Of a DNA stretch of 64,000 nt, positions 1 through 13,391 are shown piece by piece (positions within the stretch are counted from its first letter, which is position 1; the number at the start of each line of letters is the position of its first letter). The position numbers were made by a program, and so were the translations under genes. This stretch comes from Tubulanus polymorphus (Eukaryota; Animalia; Nemertea). Where the stretch lies: contig NC_134034.1 of assembly GCF_964204645.1 (NCBI RefSeq), positions 1,984,072 through 2,048,071 of the forward strand, in the 5' to 3' direction. The notes under the pieces are model-generated. The model was not told the DNA's origin, ran no database searches, and worked only from the letters and a program-made list of their open reading frames with translations.

Positions 1-27
1 CAAATTACATGATGTGGAATCGGTAGT

Positions 28-222
28 TTATCCAGTTCTGCGTGGTCCGAAGTTGTATTTTGGAGGTTTAGCTACATGGTAGTCGAATCTAATACGACGG
101 CGAGCGAGATCATGAGCGAGTTCTTCTTCGCTTGAATCATCAATCGCGTCTTTAGCGTTCACCAACGACCACAAACAGATCACTAACAGCATGAACGGAA
201 GTAAACTTCTCAACATTTTCAT
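28..222 (-). CDS. Small secreted pre-pro-peptide (signal peptide, acidic spacer, RRR cleavage site, basic mature peptide ending in Gly)
   Basis: 64-aa ORF MKMLRSLLPFMLLVICLWSLVNA-KDAIDDSSEEELAHDLA-RRR-IRFDYHVAKPPKYNFGPRRT-G. A splice acceptor lies at 234-235 just upstream of the ATG, a GTAAGT donor at 640-645 marks a candidate 5' UTR exon, and TATAAA lies on the minus strand at 697-702. Confidence 0.7.
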   Translation of the reverse strand: MKMLRSLLPFMLLVICLWSLVNAKDAIDDSSEEELAHDLARRRIRFDYHVAKPPKYNFGPRRTG

Positions 223-696
223 CAGCGTTGACGCTACAAATTGAAAATTTATGTTTTAATATTATCATCGTTATAATTATCTAACTTTGCCGATAGAGAG
301 AATCCTGATTTCATTTGTGCAATTAATTTTAAGAGTCTACAGTTTAATCATGATTAAAACTCACCCATCATTTTAATAGTTGTTTTGGTGACAAATCACA
401 GATTTATACGAGCGATTTATAAACCTAAAATAAAGACAAATACATCGGTGATATTTTGGACTGATTTTTAGCAGTCATCACCGAATATTCAATACATCTC
501 TAATTGATCGTCAAGAACCTACATCTGATTCTAGTTAAACTTAACAGAAATAAACGCATTCAATTTCTACAATTAGAATCGAGTTTTGATGATTTAATCT
601 GATCAATGTTGACTCGATGATTCAACAGCATCAAAATGAACTTACCTTCGAATACGAACGATTCCAAGTTGATGAAATGTTGATGAAACTGATTGG

Positions 697-702
697 TTTA
701 TA
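697..702 (-). promoter_or_regulatory. Putative TATA box of the secreted-peptide gene
   Basis: TATAAA on the minus strand about 50 bp upstream of the GTAAGT donor at 640-645, consistent with a short non-coding first exon. Confidence 0.4.
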
Positions 703-791
703 TTGACTGCGTCTGCGCCACCTGCCTCTCATCTCACACTGTCAATCATTGTCAGAAATTGACAAACCAGAAATTGACAATTGATTCAATA

Positions 792-1054
792 GTTGGCAAA
801 TCTGGTTTATGATTTCAAATTCAAACTCTGCAGGAAATTTTGGATGCGTGCGAAAAATTCATTCAACCAAAAATAGAAATAAAAGATTTCTCGATCTACA
901 ATCTTTAGACCCTGCCCCCCCTCGTCTGTCCCCTCACAGACACCGCCATACTCTCAGGCCTCTATTCGTTCTGTTTACAGTCGAATGGATTTTTTGCACG
1001 CATCCAAAATTTCCTGCAGAGTTTGAATTTGAAATCATAAACCAGATTTGCCAA
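792..1054. mobile_element. Foldback/MITE with ~70-bp near-perfect terminal inverted repeats
   Basis: gttggcaaatctggtttatgatttcaaattcaaactctgcaggaaattttggatgcgtgc at 792 is the reverse complement of the sequence ending at 1054. Confidence 0.75.
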
Positions 1055-1325
1055 CATCTGACATTTCTGGTGGGCTATGTCTGTGCGAATCTGACATTTC
1101 TGGCTGTCTGGCGGGCTATGTCTGTGCGAATTTGACATTTCGGGCTCTCTGGCGGGCTACGTCTGTGCGAATTTGACATTTCCGGCTGTCTGGCGGGCTA
1201 TTTCTGTGCGAATTTGACATTTCGGGCTGTCTGGCGGGCTATTTCTGTGCGAATCTGACATTTCGGGCTGTCTGGTGGGCTATTTCTGTGCGAATCTGAC
1301 ATTTCTGGCTGTCTGGCGGGCTATG
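1055..1325. repeat. ~38-bp tandem minisatellite
   Basis: Unit tctgacatttcgggctgtctggcgggctatttctgtgcgaa repeated about 7 times. Confidence 0.9.
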
Positions 1326-2824
1326 GCGAGACGAATCTGAGCGTCTCATCTCTAGTTTTAATGCTTTAAATTCCGAAACTCCTGTGTTTTATTCCTGCAA
1401 TCTTTTTTTCAACCGAAAAAAAAACAATCCCACCAACTGGTCTGTCGACAAGCTTAGATGCGATTATATCAACAGCACAAAACCATACGTTCCGACACTG
1501 GGCCCGTTGACGGTTGTTGACGCTCAACTCGCAACTGGCAACTACTAAACTGTTTTTAAATAATCCATTTAGCAGGGTATCTAATTGTTGTGTAAGAATA
1601 AAACGACAAACATGTTCGTCATGTAAAAACTTTTCAATTGTTTAATTACGTGTATTGCAACTATATGTATTTTCACTGTGGTGCTCATCAATGGTTCATG
1701 AAATACTATTTTCATTAAGGCCCTTATATGGATTAAAGTTTACAATTCTTTGTGTATTTTTGTCAATTTCCTATTGATGCAAATTGTATAAATCAGCTGT
1801 ATTGGAAATGTATCGTAGATAAAGACTTCGAAATACCTTACATGTTACGAGTTTTACTAAAACAAAGCACTGCTAAAAACGAAGACTATATGCACCCGAG
1901 AAAACCAACCAACGCTTCACTGGCATACGTGAAAGAGCTAAATCTTTCGAAACTAAATGTAAATAACTAAATTGATAAATAAGGGACGCATTCCGATGAA
2001 TTTCAATAGGGTTCGAGATTTTATTACTGCATTGAATGTTTTGAAAGTTCTGAAGAGAAAGCTTCGTTCGGAAGTTACTTTGTACCAAAGGCAGAAAGTT
2101 TCATATGCGATAGCAAAATGGACTTCACTAAAGCGAAAGTCCGTAAAAAATAAAGCTTGTTCTTTGTCGTTTGTTTTGAATCAGTGCTAGTAACGGCCAT
2201 ATTGGGGCAGTTGCCGCCCCCCTCGGTAGAATGCAATACCATAGCTGCATTAAAACAAATGCCCCACATTTCAGCCCATGCCAAGGTCCTGTTGTAGGGC
2301 GTGCTGGTCCTCGATGGAGTTTATCTCTCTAAACAACAGGCAGTCATCTGCGAAAATTCTTGGCAGATCAGTCTCAAACGAACGGGTTCGAACCCGGGAC
2401 TCGCGGAGCACAGAAATAAAACGAAAAAACGAAGCTTCAATTATATTTTCTAACAGTAGAGATTTTTATTCAGCGTTTTTTGAAGATTTGCACATTAATA
2501 AATCCAGATTCATACAACCAGCGAGTATAATAATAGAGTTTATAATCAATGACTCTTAGTGTATTACAGCACACGCACTACATAGAAATTTACCCATTAA
2601 ACATTTCTACTTACTTTAAAGCAAGGTGAACGCGATATTTTACACAAACGTGCGTCGCAAATGTGTTTAAATTTATAGGATGAAAGTAGAATTTACCATT
2701 TTTCCGCCGCAATCGCAATATTGCATTCAATCTCTTATTCTCGAATACTTCTTACTGACCCTCTAATTACATGTCATATACTATATAAACTAGACCATTT
2801 CTGAACCGTAGATATCGCAGGCTG

Positions 2825-3080
2825 CCTCCTTAATCCCCCTATGACATCATCGAATTACTAATTTGATCTACAGACTCTTCTAGAAAAGATGGCCGCCTCC
2901 ATGAAGTCCCCGATGACATCATCGAATCAACTGGCTATTTTCGCTATAAGCACCTCCAGAGAAGATGTCTTCCTCCATAAATCCCCCTATGACATCATCA
3001 AATTGATCACTAGCAATTTGATCTATAGGCACTTCCAAAGATGTCTGCCTCCATAAATCCACCTATGACATCATCAAATT
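2825..3080. repeat. Dispersed ~78-bp satellite family (aaatccccctatgacatcatcaaatt...aagatgtctgcctccat)
   Basis: Three to four degenerate units. The same family recurs throughout the window. Confidence 0.8.
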
Positions 3081-3775
3081 GGGCGATTTTCGGAGGTAGC
3101 CTTATTTCTACAGTCTTCAGATACGGCCCGGTTTGGAAGTGATTATTTCACCTATAAGTAGAGAAAGCCTTGATACGTGTGGGTGAATGAGGAATGAGCC
3201 CGGGAACAATTCAATAGATATCTTCGGCCTGGATTTAAAGACCGCGTATCGAAATCCCAGGATTGAAATTCTAACCAAAGCCCATAGATCATACATCATA
3301 CAAATTACATATGTTGGATATATATTAATATAAATATTAATATTAATTACGGTGCAGGAGCGACATTTTTCTGGGTCCCGAATTTCAAACGAACTATAAA
3401 AAGCACCGAATCATCGAATAGGTCGATTATTTCTCTAAAAACGCAGCCATGAAAATAACCTAAGAGAGGTGTTCGATTAAGAAGCGGGGAAAAAACCCGG
3501 CGATATCCGAAAAATTATTGTGAATTAAGTTAGCGAAAAATAAGAAAACATACCGGTCATTTTACTGGCAGTTTTAAACCCTTTCGTACGCGCGATCGCA
3601 CAGTTTGCGCGGTGAGCAGACGCATATTTCGCGGCGAAGAAAATGTGAGAAAAAATGCGTTAAAAAAAAAAACAAACCTCTGAGAAAAAAAGGTCATTCA
3701 TTTGTTACGTACGCATAAGGTGAGGGAGGGGGGGGGGGTAAGTGCGTACTATAACGCTTAGACTAAATAGTAACA

Positions 3776-3956
3776 ATACCTTGCTTCTCCTAACCGGCCG
3801 ATCGAAGATTTTGTAAACTGCAATGAAATTTGTCATCAGTTCATTCCTTTGACCGTCGGGTCTGTAATTGTAAGCTTGATCGTGATTGTACCGGGTAGAG
3901 ATAGGCGGCCGGCCGGGTCAACTTTTAAGCTCAGCAGAAATAAGTAACAAGGTATC
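3776..3956. mobile_element. MITE with ATACCTTG...CAAGGTAT termini; inverted copy at 30421-30610
   Basis: Both copies share the core aagttgacccggccggccgcctatctacc and the inverted termini. Confidence 0.65.
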
Positions 3957-4201
3957 GATTTTTTTCTGGCCTCGAGTATAGTATCGGGAAAAATGGCCGA
4001 TTTGGCGAATAAGGCGTCGAGAAATCGAGATTTCACGCGTACGCAACAAAATGAACGATCTGAAATTAATAAACATATCCTTCACGCATAGAACACACCA
4101 TACATATATACGAACAACCGAACACCGATGTAGTAGACTTAACTACTAAAACCCAGACTTACTTAAAACCGAAATTATACACAAAATATTCAATGATATT
4201 A

Positions 4202-4239
<38 letters not shown>

Positions 4240-4540
4240 TAATTATCGATATCTATATATATCTATATATTACAAAAGCATTCTTCAGCGACAAACAATT
4301 CATGCTAATTTCTCGGATTCTACGGTTTGACACACGTAAAGCAGTTTTCGTTTTTATTATTAAATATTTAAATATTTTTTTCGAATATAATGAAATGACG
4401 TTTAATTGTCTCTATTTACACGAACGCGAGTTGAGAAACGAGAGAAAACAAAAAAAAACAAAAACATGTCAAGCGAAAAAATGACGATCGCTTCGCGAAA
4501 TTGAAAAACTTGCTGCCGAAATCAGTTCCGATTTTACGGT

Positions 4541-4780
4541 TTAACCCTATCAGTGCGTCTGCACCGCAGTGCGGTGTATGAATCGCTGATGGATTTTGCT
4601 AGTACACAGCACTACGGTGTATTGACGTCATTAGTAATTCATTTTTATCTCTATTGAAAGACGGCAGCACCTGTCAAACATAGTGAAATATTAGTGACTA
4701 ACGATACACCGCACTGCGGTGTAGACGCATTATAGTGGTATTCCCGTTATTCAACACACTAGGGTGGAATTTTTTAAAAT
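4541..4780 (+). mobile_element. Truncated copy of the piggyBac-like TTAA-CCCTTTCAGTGC MITE
   Basis: Starts ttaaccctatcagtgcgtct; internal sequence matches the copies at 38920 and 39530. Confidence 0.7.
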
Positions 4781-5906
4781 TTCTTTTTTGCGCAACCAAG
4801 TTCAATCTTCGAGCAGAATATTGACTAAATGACTAGGATTTCAAACTGAAGAACATCCTTTACCCATCATCGAAAGTTAAATACGGCTAAGGACTACACG
4901 AGCCCTTGCTCCTAAAAAGGAAAATATCCAAAATATTAATTCATATCAATGAAATATGGATTAACAGCGCACCGCCTACCTCTAATCTATAAACAACACA
5001 ATGGACAGAATATAATGTTATCACGGTTTGACCCCACTGGAAATTAAAACCTCTAAGTCAAAACTATCATCATCCCTCAAAAAGTTTAACGTTTAAGATC
5101 GGGGGCCCAGTGCGTACCGCCCACGACTTAGATTTAAGACCGGTCTCAGCTCAAGTTCTGTTTCTAAAGCCGATCTAACACAACTTTAGACTGGCCAAAA
5201 CTTATATTCGTTTGTATAGGCAATCTAACAACTTTAGACCAGTCTAAGCTCAATGGCAGTTCTATCACCGATCTAAGCAGTTGAAACCGACTTTATTTCA
5301 AGTTCGGGTTAAGTCTCGACTGGGCCCTAGTTCCGCGTAGATACGGTAGAATTTCGATGAACAGAAAGTTCACAGTTACGAATTTTTCGCGGCATTTTTT
5401 TTTTAGTCGGTATTTCTAGATTTAAAGCGCCCCCTCGTCGGAAACGTGAAAGCATTTCTACAACAGTTCCCCTCAGCCCGTAAGCCGCCCACCCCTATAT
5501 ACCCATCTGTACAGTCGAAAGAGCTTTCAAATCGAAAATCCTTTTTTCCAAACGAGAAGACCTTGAAATCTACCTTAAGTTAGGAATATGGTGTGGGGAA
5601 TTTATAAGCCTAGTTAAAAAGTTTTCCTTCGAACCCCTAGTACTTCATCATCGCGCCGGTATTACAAATAATATCCAAACTACAGGGATTATATTACCAG
5701 GAAAGATGGCCGCCTCCATAAATCCCTCGATGACACCACTAACAACTATCGCAGTGACATTTATGTAATGAATCAAATCACTTTCTTCGACAATTCGATG
5801 ATGTCATAGGGGGATTTACGGAGGCAGTTATCTAAGGTATCGCTATAAAATGTCACATAGCAAGCGAGAATTCTTGAAAAGTATTTTTTGTGGAGTTACA
5901 CTCGAA

Positions 5907-6420
5907 CCCAGTTCCACAGCTGCAAGTTGAGAGTTAGCTCAAATGGTAAAAGTGAGTTTTCAATACATAATTCTACAGTCAAAATCAGTTCATTTCAATT
6001 GACTTTAATTCTACATTCAAAATCAGTTCATTTCAATTGATTTTAACTCTACATTTAAAATCAGTTCATTTCAATTGATTTTAACTCTACATTTAAAATC
6101 AGTTCATTTCAATTGATTTTAACTCTACAGTCAAAATCAGTTCATTTTCAATGATTCTAACTCTACATTTAAAATCAGTTCATTTTCGATGATTTTAACT
6201 CTACAGTCAAAATCAGTTCATTTTCGATGATTTTAACTCTACATTCAAAATCAATTCATTCAATTGACTTTAACTCTACAGTTAAAATCAATTCATTCAA
6301 TTGACTTTAACTCTACAGTCAAAATCAGTTCATTTTCAATGATTTCAACTCTACATTCAAAATCAGTTCATTGTCTTTACTTGAAGGAGTCCAAAGCCTT
6401 AACCCGCAGCTGTGGAACTG
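5907..6420. mobile_element. MITE-like element with CAGTTCCACAGCTG inverted termini and an internal ~38-bp tandem array
   Basis: cccagttccacagctg at 5907 pairs with cagctgtggaactg ending at 6420. The internal unit aaaatcagttcatttcaattgattttaactctacattt is repeated about 10 times. Confidence 0.7.
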
Positions 6421-7379
6421 CGTCCTGGATATCTGCATTTATACACGATATATAATAGATATGTGAATTGTTCCCACGGTGTAAAAGCATTCACTACATA
6501 ATACATCATACATAGAACATTATAACGAATATTATTGAAATCATTACAAACTTTTTATCGACATTTTTCGTTTCGATTCTCGATTTCTAGCTAAGTGCGA
6601 AAGATTGCCATTAATCAGCTGTGGACCCGGTTCCGCAGTACGGAGATTGACTCTAAAACGGCTAAAAAGATTAGTTCATTCGGTAAACATCGAATTTAAG
6701 AGTCGTATCTACTGAACGGCTGTAGAAATGACTCTAGGAGTCAGTTTCGGTCAAGTTTCACTCGTAAATGCACAGTTGTAGGATAAATTTGACCGCAGAG
6801 TTAAAATCAGTTCATGTTTATCGATGCTTTTTACTAAAAATCAGTTCACGTTGTTTTTTACCGGACAATCAAAATCTAACGGAGAATCACAGAGTTTCGT
6901 GTTAATTATGAGTTAAAATCAGTTCATGTTTATTGATGTTTTTTTACTAAAAATCAGTTCACGTTGTTTTTTACCGGATAATCAAAATCTAACAGAATCA
7001 CAGAGTTTCATGTTAATTATGAGTTAAAATCAGTTCATTTTCAACGTTTTAAGTCCATAGAGTCAAATTCGAGCAGGGAACTTAAGATTCGGGTCCGCAT
7101 TTTCGGTTTAACGTTAAATTCTCTAATTCTAGAATTAAAATAAGCCCATTAGAAATCATTTTAACCGCTTAAGAGTCAAATTCTAGCTGGGAACTGCGGA
7201 ACTAGGTCCACGGAACACATTTAAGGTTTGACGATTGAAAGTGATTCTGTTTAGGATATGATGTTCGTCTATCTTACGATAATTATCCATTACATCGTTG
7301 ATATTATAAGTAATGTTTTTTTTGTATTCTATAATGTTAACACCAGGGGGCGTCGTCGTCGTCGTGTGTGACCGTTGCG

Positions 7380-7451
7380 TCACGTGACCGGAGGATTTGA
7401 CTCGCCTTGACGCGATTGCGCGCGCGGTCCAAACTCAAAACGGCGGCTCAG
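7380..7451 (-). CDS. Candidate terminal exon of extended kinesin heavy chain tail isoforms
   Basis: Strong acceptor cttgtattttcag. Reads LSRRFEFGPRAQSRQGESNPPVT* in phase 0 or (A)EPPF* in phase 1. It is a GC-rich island in AT-rich surroundings. Confidence 0.5.
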   Translation of the reverse strand: MSRRFEFGPRAQSRQGESNPPVT

Positions 7452-8102
7452 CTGAAAATACAAGAAAACAAACGAAACTTCAGAACATTTACATGAGATT
7501 TTTGAGTAAAAAGTTATTTAGATAATAAAAATACATAGTCATGGTTTTTATCTAAGATCAGTCCAGACCAATTTATTAGTACTATACCTGATCTAACAAT
7601 CTAAGACGAGTCGTAAGATTTAAACCACTTCCGGGCTATAGTTTCGACTGTGGAACTGACCCCAGTTGCATAGCCAAGGCTTAGATCTAAGCTCATTTGG
7701 TCGTAGACAATCTTGCTTCCGAACGTATCCATGATTTTAGATGATTTCTGGACATGCGACCAGGCCCAAATTTCACAAGATACTAGCTAAACCTTTTCAA
7801 AAGGTTTCTAAATGCGTTAATTGAATTCATGAGCCTTCTCAGTAAATGCAACCAATCGCATATACATCAATACTTTACCTTCGATATATGACAAAAATTC
7901 ATAAAATCTAATTTTTCTTACCTATTCCAAAGCCTTTGGAATTAAAAGAATAATTTCATGAAAATTAATTTTTGACTCTTTTTTTAATTTACCTCTAACG
8001 ACTCTACTAGTTTTCAATTGTTTAGCACGTGCTCTCATCCCTACCAGTTCGGGGTCGGGTGACGACTGGCCTAGAAATTGGAAAATCGAAATTAATACCT
8101 AC

Positions 8103-8164
8103 CGAATCGGCTGTGAGGGGGTGTTTGGGGCGGAGGGGGTCGTCCTGGTCACCGTCGTGCGACT
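8103..8164 (-). CDS. Candidate 62-nt kinesin tail exon
   Basis: Acceptor tttatcag and donor GTAGGT. Open as (E)SHDGDQDDPLRPKHPLTADS when joined after the 9631-9749 exon. Confidence 0.45.
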
Positions 8165-9630
8165 CTGATAAACTAACAACTACTCAGAAATAGAAAAACT
8201 AAACTTAATACGACTAGGCATATCTAGAATATATATATACAATACAAAGGGTCATTCGTAAAGTATGCGTTCTACTCCGAAAGGAAGGGGTTAAAATATA
8301 ATGTCTATTTCAACTATGCTTGAGAGGACGTCAGGTGACCTAGCTCAGTCAGTTTTCATAGTACACGCCCGATAAAGGTCTTAAAACGACCAGCACAGAT
8401 AACGGAATGACTTCTCTATATTCAACCGCTTTAAATAACGACTTTTCGGCAAACTTTCAATACAATGGATTGAATATAGATGTTTCAGTTCAACTGTCCG
8501 TCTGCCTCTGTGCTGGTACTCTTCGGGTATGTATTACCAAAACTGACCGAGCTAGGTTACCGGATGTGTGCTCTCGAGCTAAGTTGGAATAGACGTTTAG
8601 CAAAATTCGCTTGAAGATTCTGATTTAGGATACAGTTGAAAAGGAAGGGGTAATATCTAGGAAATCTCGCATACGGATGGTAAGGACTAAAAATACAGCG
8701 AAATCCACTTGAATCGAGACGAATAATACGCTATCGTTTTAGTAGTTTCATTCGTTAATTCTAATCGAGTTATCACAAACTACGCGACAAGCGACGATTC
8801 CACAGCGGAACAGCGGTTCCACAGTGGAACATCATCCATCGCTTTTTAAAATCACCATGTTTTCGAAAATTAAAACTCATAAAATTATCGAGGTTAAAAT
8901 CAAATTTCGAGGTTTGGTAAGAATTTCGAGCTTTATAAATTCGTTCATTTTTTTCATTTCGTTAGGACAGACACCGGCATCATTGCCTTATGTTTCACGA
9001 GTTTAGGGTAAGTAATGTTATTTTTCATCAAATAAACTGATTAATTGATTTTTAGTCGTTTCTATTTTTCACCGCTTACTTGAAGGCCGAATCACCCGGA
9101 ATTTCGTAATCAACTGCAACCGATTCAATAAAAAATTCTCATTAACTTAATTAGAATAGCGCAAATCCCCCTATGACATCATCAAATTTGCTCCTATCGA
9201 CCGAACACAGACTAGCATACGTAAAGACAATAATAATAACCGTACATTGAAAGACTATATAAATCAGGGCTTTCAGAAAACATGGCTACCTCCTCCATGA
9301 AATCCCCCTATGACATCATTGAAGTAACACCTATTCTATCGCTAGTTCTATATTCGAGCGATTCATAACAGCAATTTCAATGATGTCATGCGTAGATTTA
9401 TGGAGGCAGCCATTTTTTCCCAGGAAAAGTCTAAAACTTATAACGGTACATGTATGCATCTTGCTACAGACAAGCATTTGAAGACATTGATGAAAAGTAT
9501 AAGACAGATATAAGCAAAATGGCTTTAATGAACAATCATAAGGGCTTAACACAAACGTTCATACCCCTTCCCCTCCCCTCCCCTTTCCCTCCCCATCCCC
9601 TCCCCTCCCAGTCATTAATTCAGGGCTCAC

Positions 9631-9749
9631 CTCTCGGGATGTAGTTACCCGTCGTCGTTCGTTCGATGCTATGGTTGTTGTTGCTACGGTTACCGGTAAC
9701 GGCAGACGGAGTGGAGGTCGCCGGCAGGTTGAGGTCGTTGAGGAACATG
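9631..9749 (-). CDS. Candidate 119-nt kinesin tail exon
   Basis: Preceded by a (CT)n pyrimidine tract and cag, with donor GTGAGC. Open in phase 2 as MFLNDLNLPATSTPSAVTGNRSNNNHSIERTTTGNYIPR. Confidence 0.55.
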
Positions 9750-10297
9750 CTGGTTCGGAAGAGTGAGAGAGAGAGAGAGAGAGGACAGAGTGAAACATAC
9801 AACGAGAAAGCAACAAGCATTCAGAAAAAATAAAAACATTTACCAGAAAGATGGACATTCCCAATAGACTTAGTACACCCGGAGCCATCCTTGATCGTCA
9901 CCCCCACATCATGATTTGAATATTTCCGGAGCAACCCTTTAATGTCACATTATAAATTATAAATACTCAAGCTACCATAACAACTAGACTAGAGAAAAGA
10001 ATATCCGAATGCCCTGATTTGGATATTCTCGGAGCCACCCCTAACCCTATTAGACTGTGAGACAATTTTCAAACGCTCTTACTATTTTTACCTCTAAAAC
10101 GTGGCTCCGAATCAAAACCGACAAACGATGTGATCACGATAGATGGACTTAGTCTTCGAGGAACGTCCATCAAAAATAAAATAATCCCGACCACAAGCAA
10201 AAAGAAATGAAGCACATATCTCCTAACTATCCTTTTGCAGTGGTTTTACCACAAAGACTACTCACTTCAAAGCATTCAAAGCACAATTCAACTTGTA

Positions 10298-10657
10298 AAG
10301 CCTAGCGCACATCGACACTGCGATTGGAGACAACTAGTTGCAAGGCAGTTTTCAGCGCATGAGATGAACTGGCTGGATACAATCAGTTGCTTGAATGTGT
10401 CGATGTGAGCGAGCTTACGATTGGTAAGCGTCGATCTATCTCCAGTTCCAGCCAGTTGCCCATGTTCTACTTTTGAGCAACTGGTTGTACTCAATCGCAG
10501 TCATATCCGTCGATGTGCGCGCTCTGGATCTCGACGATCGATACGCGCCATGCAGTTGCTGCAACTGATCGGTTGTAACTAGATTTCGATGTGCGCGGGG
10601 TAATCGTTCGGTAGCGACTAGTTGTCTCCAATCGCAGTGTCGATGTGCGCTAGGCTT
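10298..10657. mobile_element. Palindromic MITE with ~40-bp perfect inverted termini
   Basis: aagcctagcgcacatcgacactgcgattggagacaactagt at the left end is the reverse complement of the right end. Confidence 0.8.
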
Positions 10658-11127
10658 AAAAGCCCACAATTGTTAATAAAACTAAAAAGTTTATCTAAAT
10701 TACTAGAAATAAAGAAAGCTCAACATTTCAGTCTAATATGATAACATCGTCATCATTGACATCATCTATTAACTGTGTATTAACAGGCCTGTAATGCTGA
10801 GCTCGCTGTATTGAGAATGATATGCCAAATAAATACAAGGCGCGTTTATAAATTTAAAAGAATTAACTTTTTTGTCGGATTTAGTCGATTGTGGGGTTTT
10901 ACATTTATTGTTTATTGCCAGTGTTTTAATCTACTGATTCTACTGAAGTTTATTTCAGCGAATTCGAAGTCGACGGCAGACGCGTCAATCATGGCCGCCG
11001 CCGTCTGCCTCCGTAAATTCCTCTATGACGCCATCAAATCGTCTACTAGCTCGATTCATTGAAATTCATTCGTAATAATTGATGACGTCGTAGTGGGTTA
11101 TGAAGGCAGCCACCTTTTTAAGTCCTT

Positions 11128-11237
11128 GGCCCGGTTTTATAGACTGATATTACCTTTAACCCGGAGGCTAACTCAATTCGTTATCAATTAAGTTAGCCCC
11201 CGGGTTAAAGGTAATACCTGTCTATAAAACCGGGCCC
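11128..11237. mobile_element. Short palindromic MITE (GGCCCGGTTTTATAGAC termini); related copy at about 43925-44020
   Basis: Near-perfect hairpin over about 110 bp. Confidence 0.7.
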
Positions 11238-11704
11238 TTTACTCTGGCAAAAACAGCTCAAGCAAAACAAAAACAAGATGCCGCAATTTTTCATCCTTTA
11301 GATTCAGAAAAGAATGAGAATGAAAAATATTTCAAAATTACAAAATTCAAAGTATTTTCATCAGTTGATTTCAGTAGCCAAAAACAAGTTGTTTTTCTTT
11401 TTAGAAAAATATTAGCTTATTGTGTATGACAGCGAGGAGCCACACATTGCGAGCGAAACCAGGAACTTAGTCCTTAGCTTGATTAATTTCACGCGACAAA
11501 ATCTTTATTATTAGTTTCATTAGAATGAAGCACACGTTTTGCTTGTACCTTATGTCTGGCGCGAGACCCCTAAAAATAACAACTCGATTACATCAATATA
11601 AGAACTAATAATAAGCTGTCTGCCCGGAAAGACGGGCAAAGAGCCGGAAATTTGTGTTCGAATATTCGGTCTTGTTTTGAGATCAGGGATAAAAACAGCC
11701 TATA

Positions 11705-11968
11705 GTCTTTAAGAGTCTATGGCCCAAAAACTTGGAATGCCTTGCCTAGTCATCTTAAATCCAGTACGTCTATTGAGTGTTTTAAAAAGAATTTAAAAGC
11801 ACATTATTTTAGAATTGCCTTCAATTGAAATTGTCTTACTGAATGTTCACTGTTTTTTAAATTCAATATTGTAATGTTTTTATCACCATATTTTATTGTA
11901 CGTCGTATTTCTTTATTTGTAAGTGCTCTGGAGCAGTTTCATTAATCTGGACAGGGCACTAAAACATG

Positions 11969-12013
<45 letters not shown>
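11705..12013 (+). mobile_element. 5'-truncated L2/CR1-type LINE 3' end with (TAA)n tail
   Basis: Translates RVYGPKTWNALPSHLKSSTSIECFKKNLKAHYFRIAFN*, the typical WNxLP...FK end of L2/CR1 ORF2. A 3' UTR and a TAA microsatellite follow. Confidence 0.75.
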
Positions 12014-12014
<1 letters not shown>

Positions 12015-12824
12015 GCCCATATTGAAAAAGTCGGAAAATATTTTCAAAAAAAAAGAATTTTTTTTTGGGAACAAAAATCAGTAACTTTTTAGCCAAAAAT
12101 CTTACTTCCTTTTGGTCAAAATGTTAATAGTTTGGGCCTGAATTAGAACCGCTTTTTGAATGAGACGCCATATCGGTTTCTCCGACTTCACAGTTGTGCT
12201 AACAACTGCCGAAAACCGTCCTAAGGAGCACTCTTAACTACGGAGCGCTCCGATGTGACGCCCGCGATTGAGGTGATTAAAGCGATTGAGGTGATTTACA
12301 CTATTCTCAGGAATAAAGAAAATGTTAGAAAAGGTCGGAAATCCGTCTATGGTCGGAAGATTTTCATCCCTGTGAGATAAACTACATTAATAAAAATTGT
12401 TTGAAAAATGTGTTATTCAGATTATTAGTTCAGGTTTTACAGTTGTGAGCTCGAGACGAACGTGCACAGCGCATGGAAACACAGAAACAAGGATCAAAAC
12501 ATGTTCGATCTAGGAAACATCGTTTCCCAAAACCGAGTTTCTTGAATTTCGCATAAACGCAGACAAAACAAAAACAAAGCACGGAAACATGTTTCTGTCT
12601 CTTGTTTCCATGTTTCCTTGCATTGTATCGAATTTTAGGTGTAACTCTTCAGGGTCGAAATAGTTCCTTTTTTGTTAAATCTACCTCACGCAACCGTTGA
12701 GCCGAGTTTGGTTCGACAGTTACGGATTCAACTGCAGAACGTGCAGCGAAAGATTAGATATGAAAAACGTTAAGGTTTCCACCGTGTTAATTTTTGTTAA
12801 GTGCGATATTTTTTTCCCACTTAC

Positions 12825-12872
12825 TCCAACATCGGGCTCTCGAAGACAGCCGCATGAAACGACGTCGGACTT
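12825..12872 (-). CDS. Candidate 48-nt symmetric (phase 2-2) kinesin tail micro-exon
   Basis: Acceptor attttcag and donor GTAAGT. Encodes SPTSFHAAVFESPML in frame with the tail. Confidence 0.5.
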
Positions 12873-13346
12873 CTGAAAATATTATCAAATTTTCTGACGA
12901 GTTATCGATACGTTTTTTTTTCCCACAACCGTTTTTCGCGTATCATCATTAAAATTCAGGTGAATGTTCTTAAGGTCAGGGACATTTAGATTTTCAAGGT
13001 CGCCACCTCGAGGTCATATAGGAAGTAGATCTCATGAGACGAAACATTTTTTAAATTTCAGATGCAAAAATAACATGCACATAGCGGAAAAAAAACAGCC
13101 ATTGAAATAAAAATTTTACAGACCACTCCAGACAAGATGGCCGCTTCCTTAAATCCCCTATGACAACATCCCTGACAACGAAGCTCAATTTATGACCTAG
13201 TTATGAATAAATCGAACGACCTCGATGATTTGATGATGTCGTAGGTTGATATAAGGCGTCGGCCTGCCTTGTTTTTTGGAAATAACAACAAACGAAAGAA
13301 CTATTCCACCACATATAAACACTGAAGGGGAGGATTGATTCCTTAC

Positions 13347-13391
13347 CGCTCAACCGGGGGTAGCGAGGACGCGATGACCTTCACCTTACCT
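13347..13391 (-). CDS. Candidate 45-nt symmetric (phase 2-2) kinesin tail micro-exon
   Basis: Acceptor taatag and donor GTAAGG. Encodes GKVKVIASSLPPVER in frame. Confidence 0.45.

Noticed and set aside
1752-2559. Cluster of 70-93 aa ORFs
   Set aside because: No recognisable motifs or splice structure; lengths are consistent with chance in AT-rich DNA.
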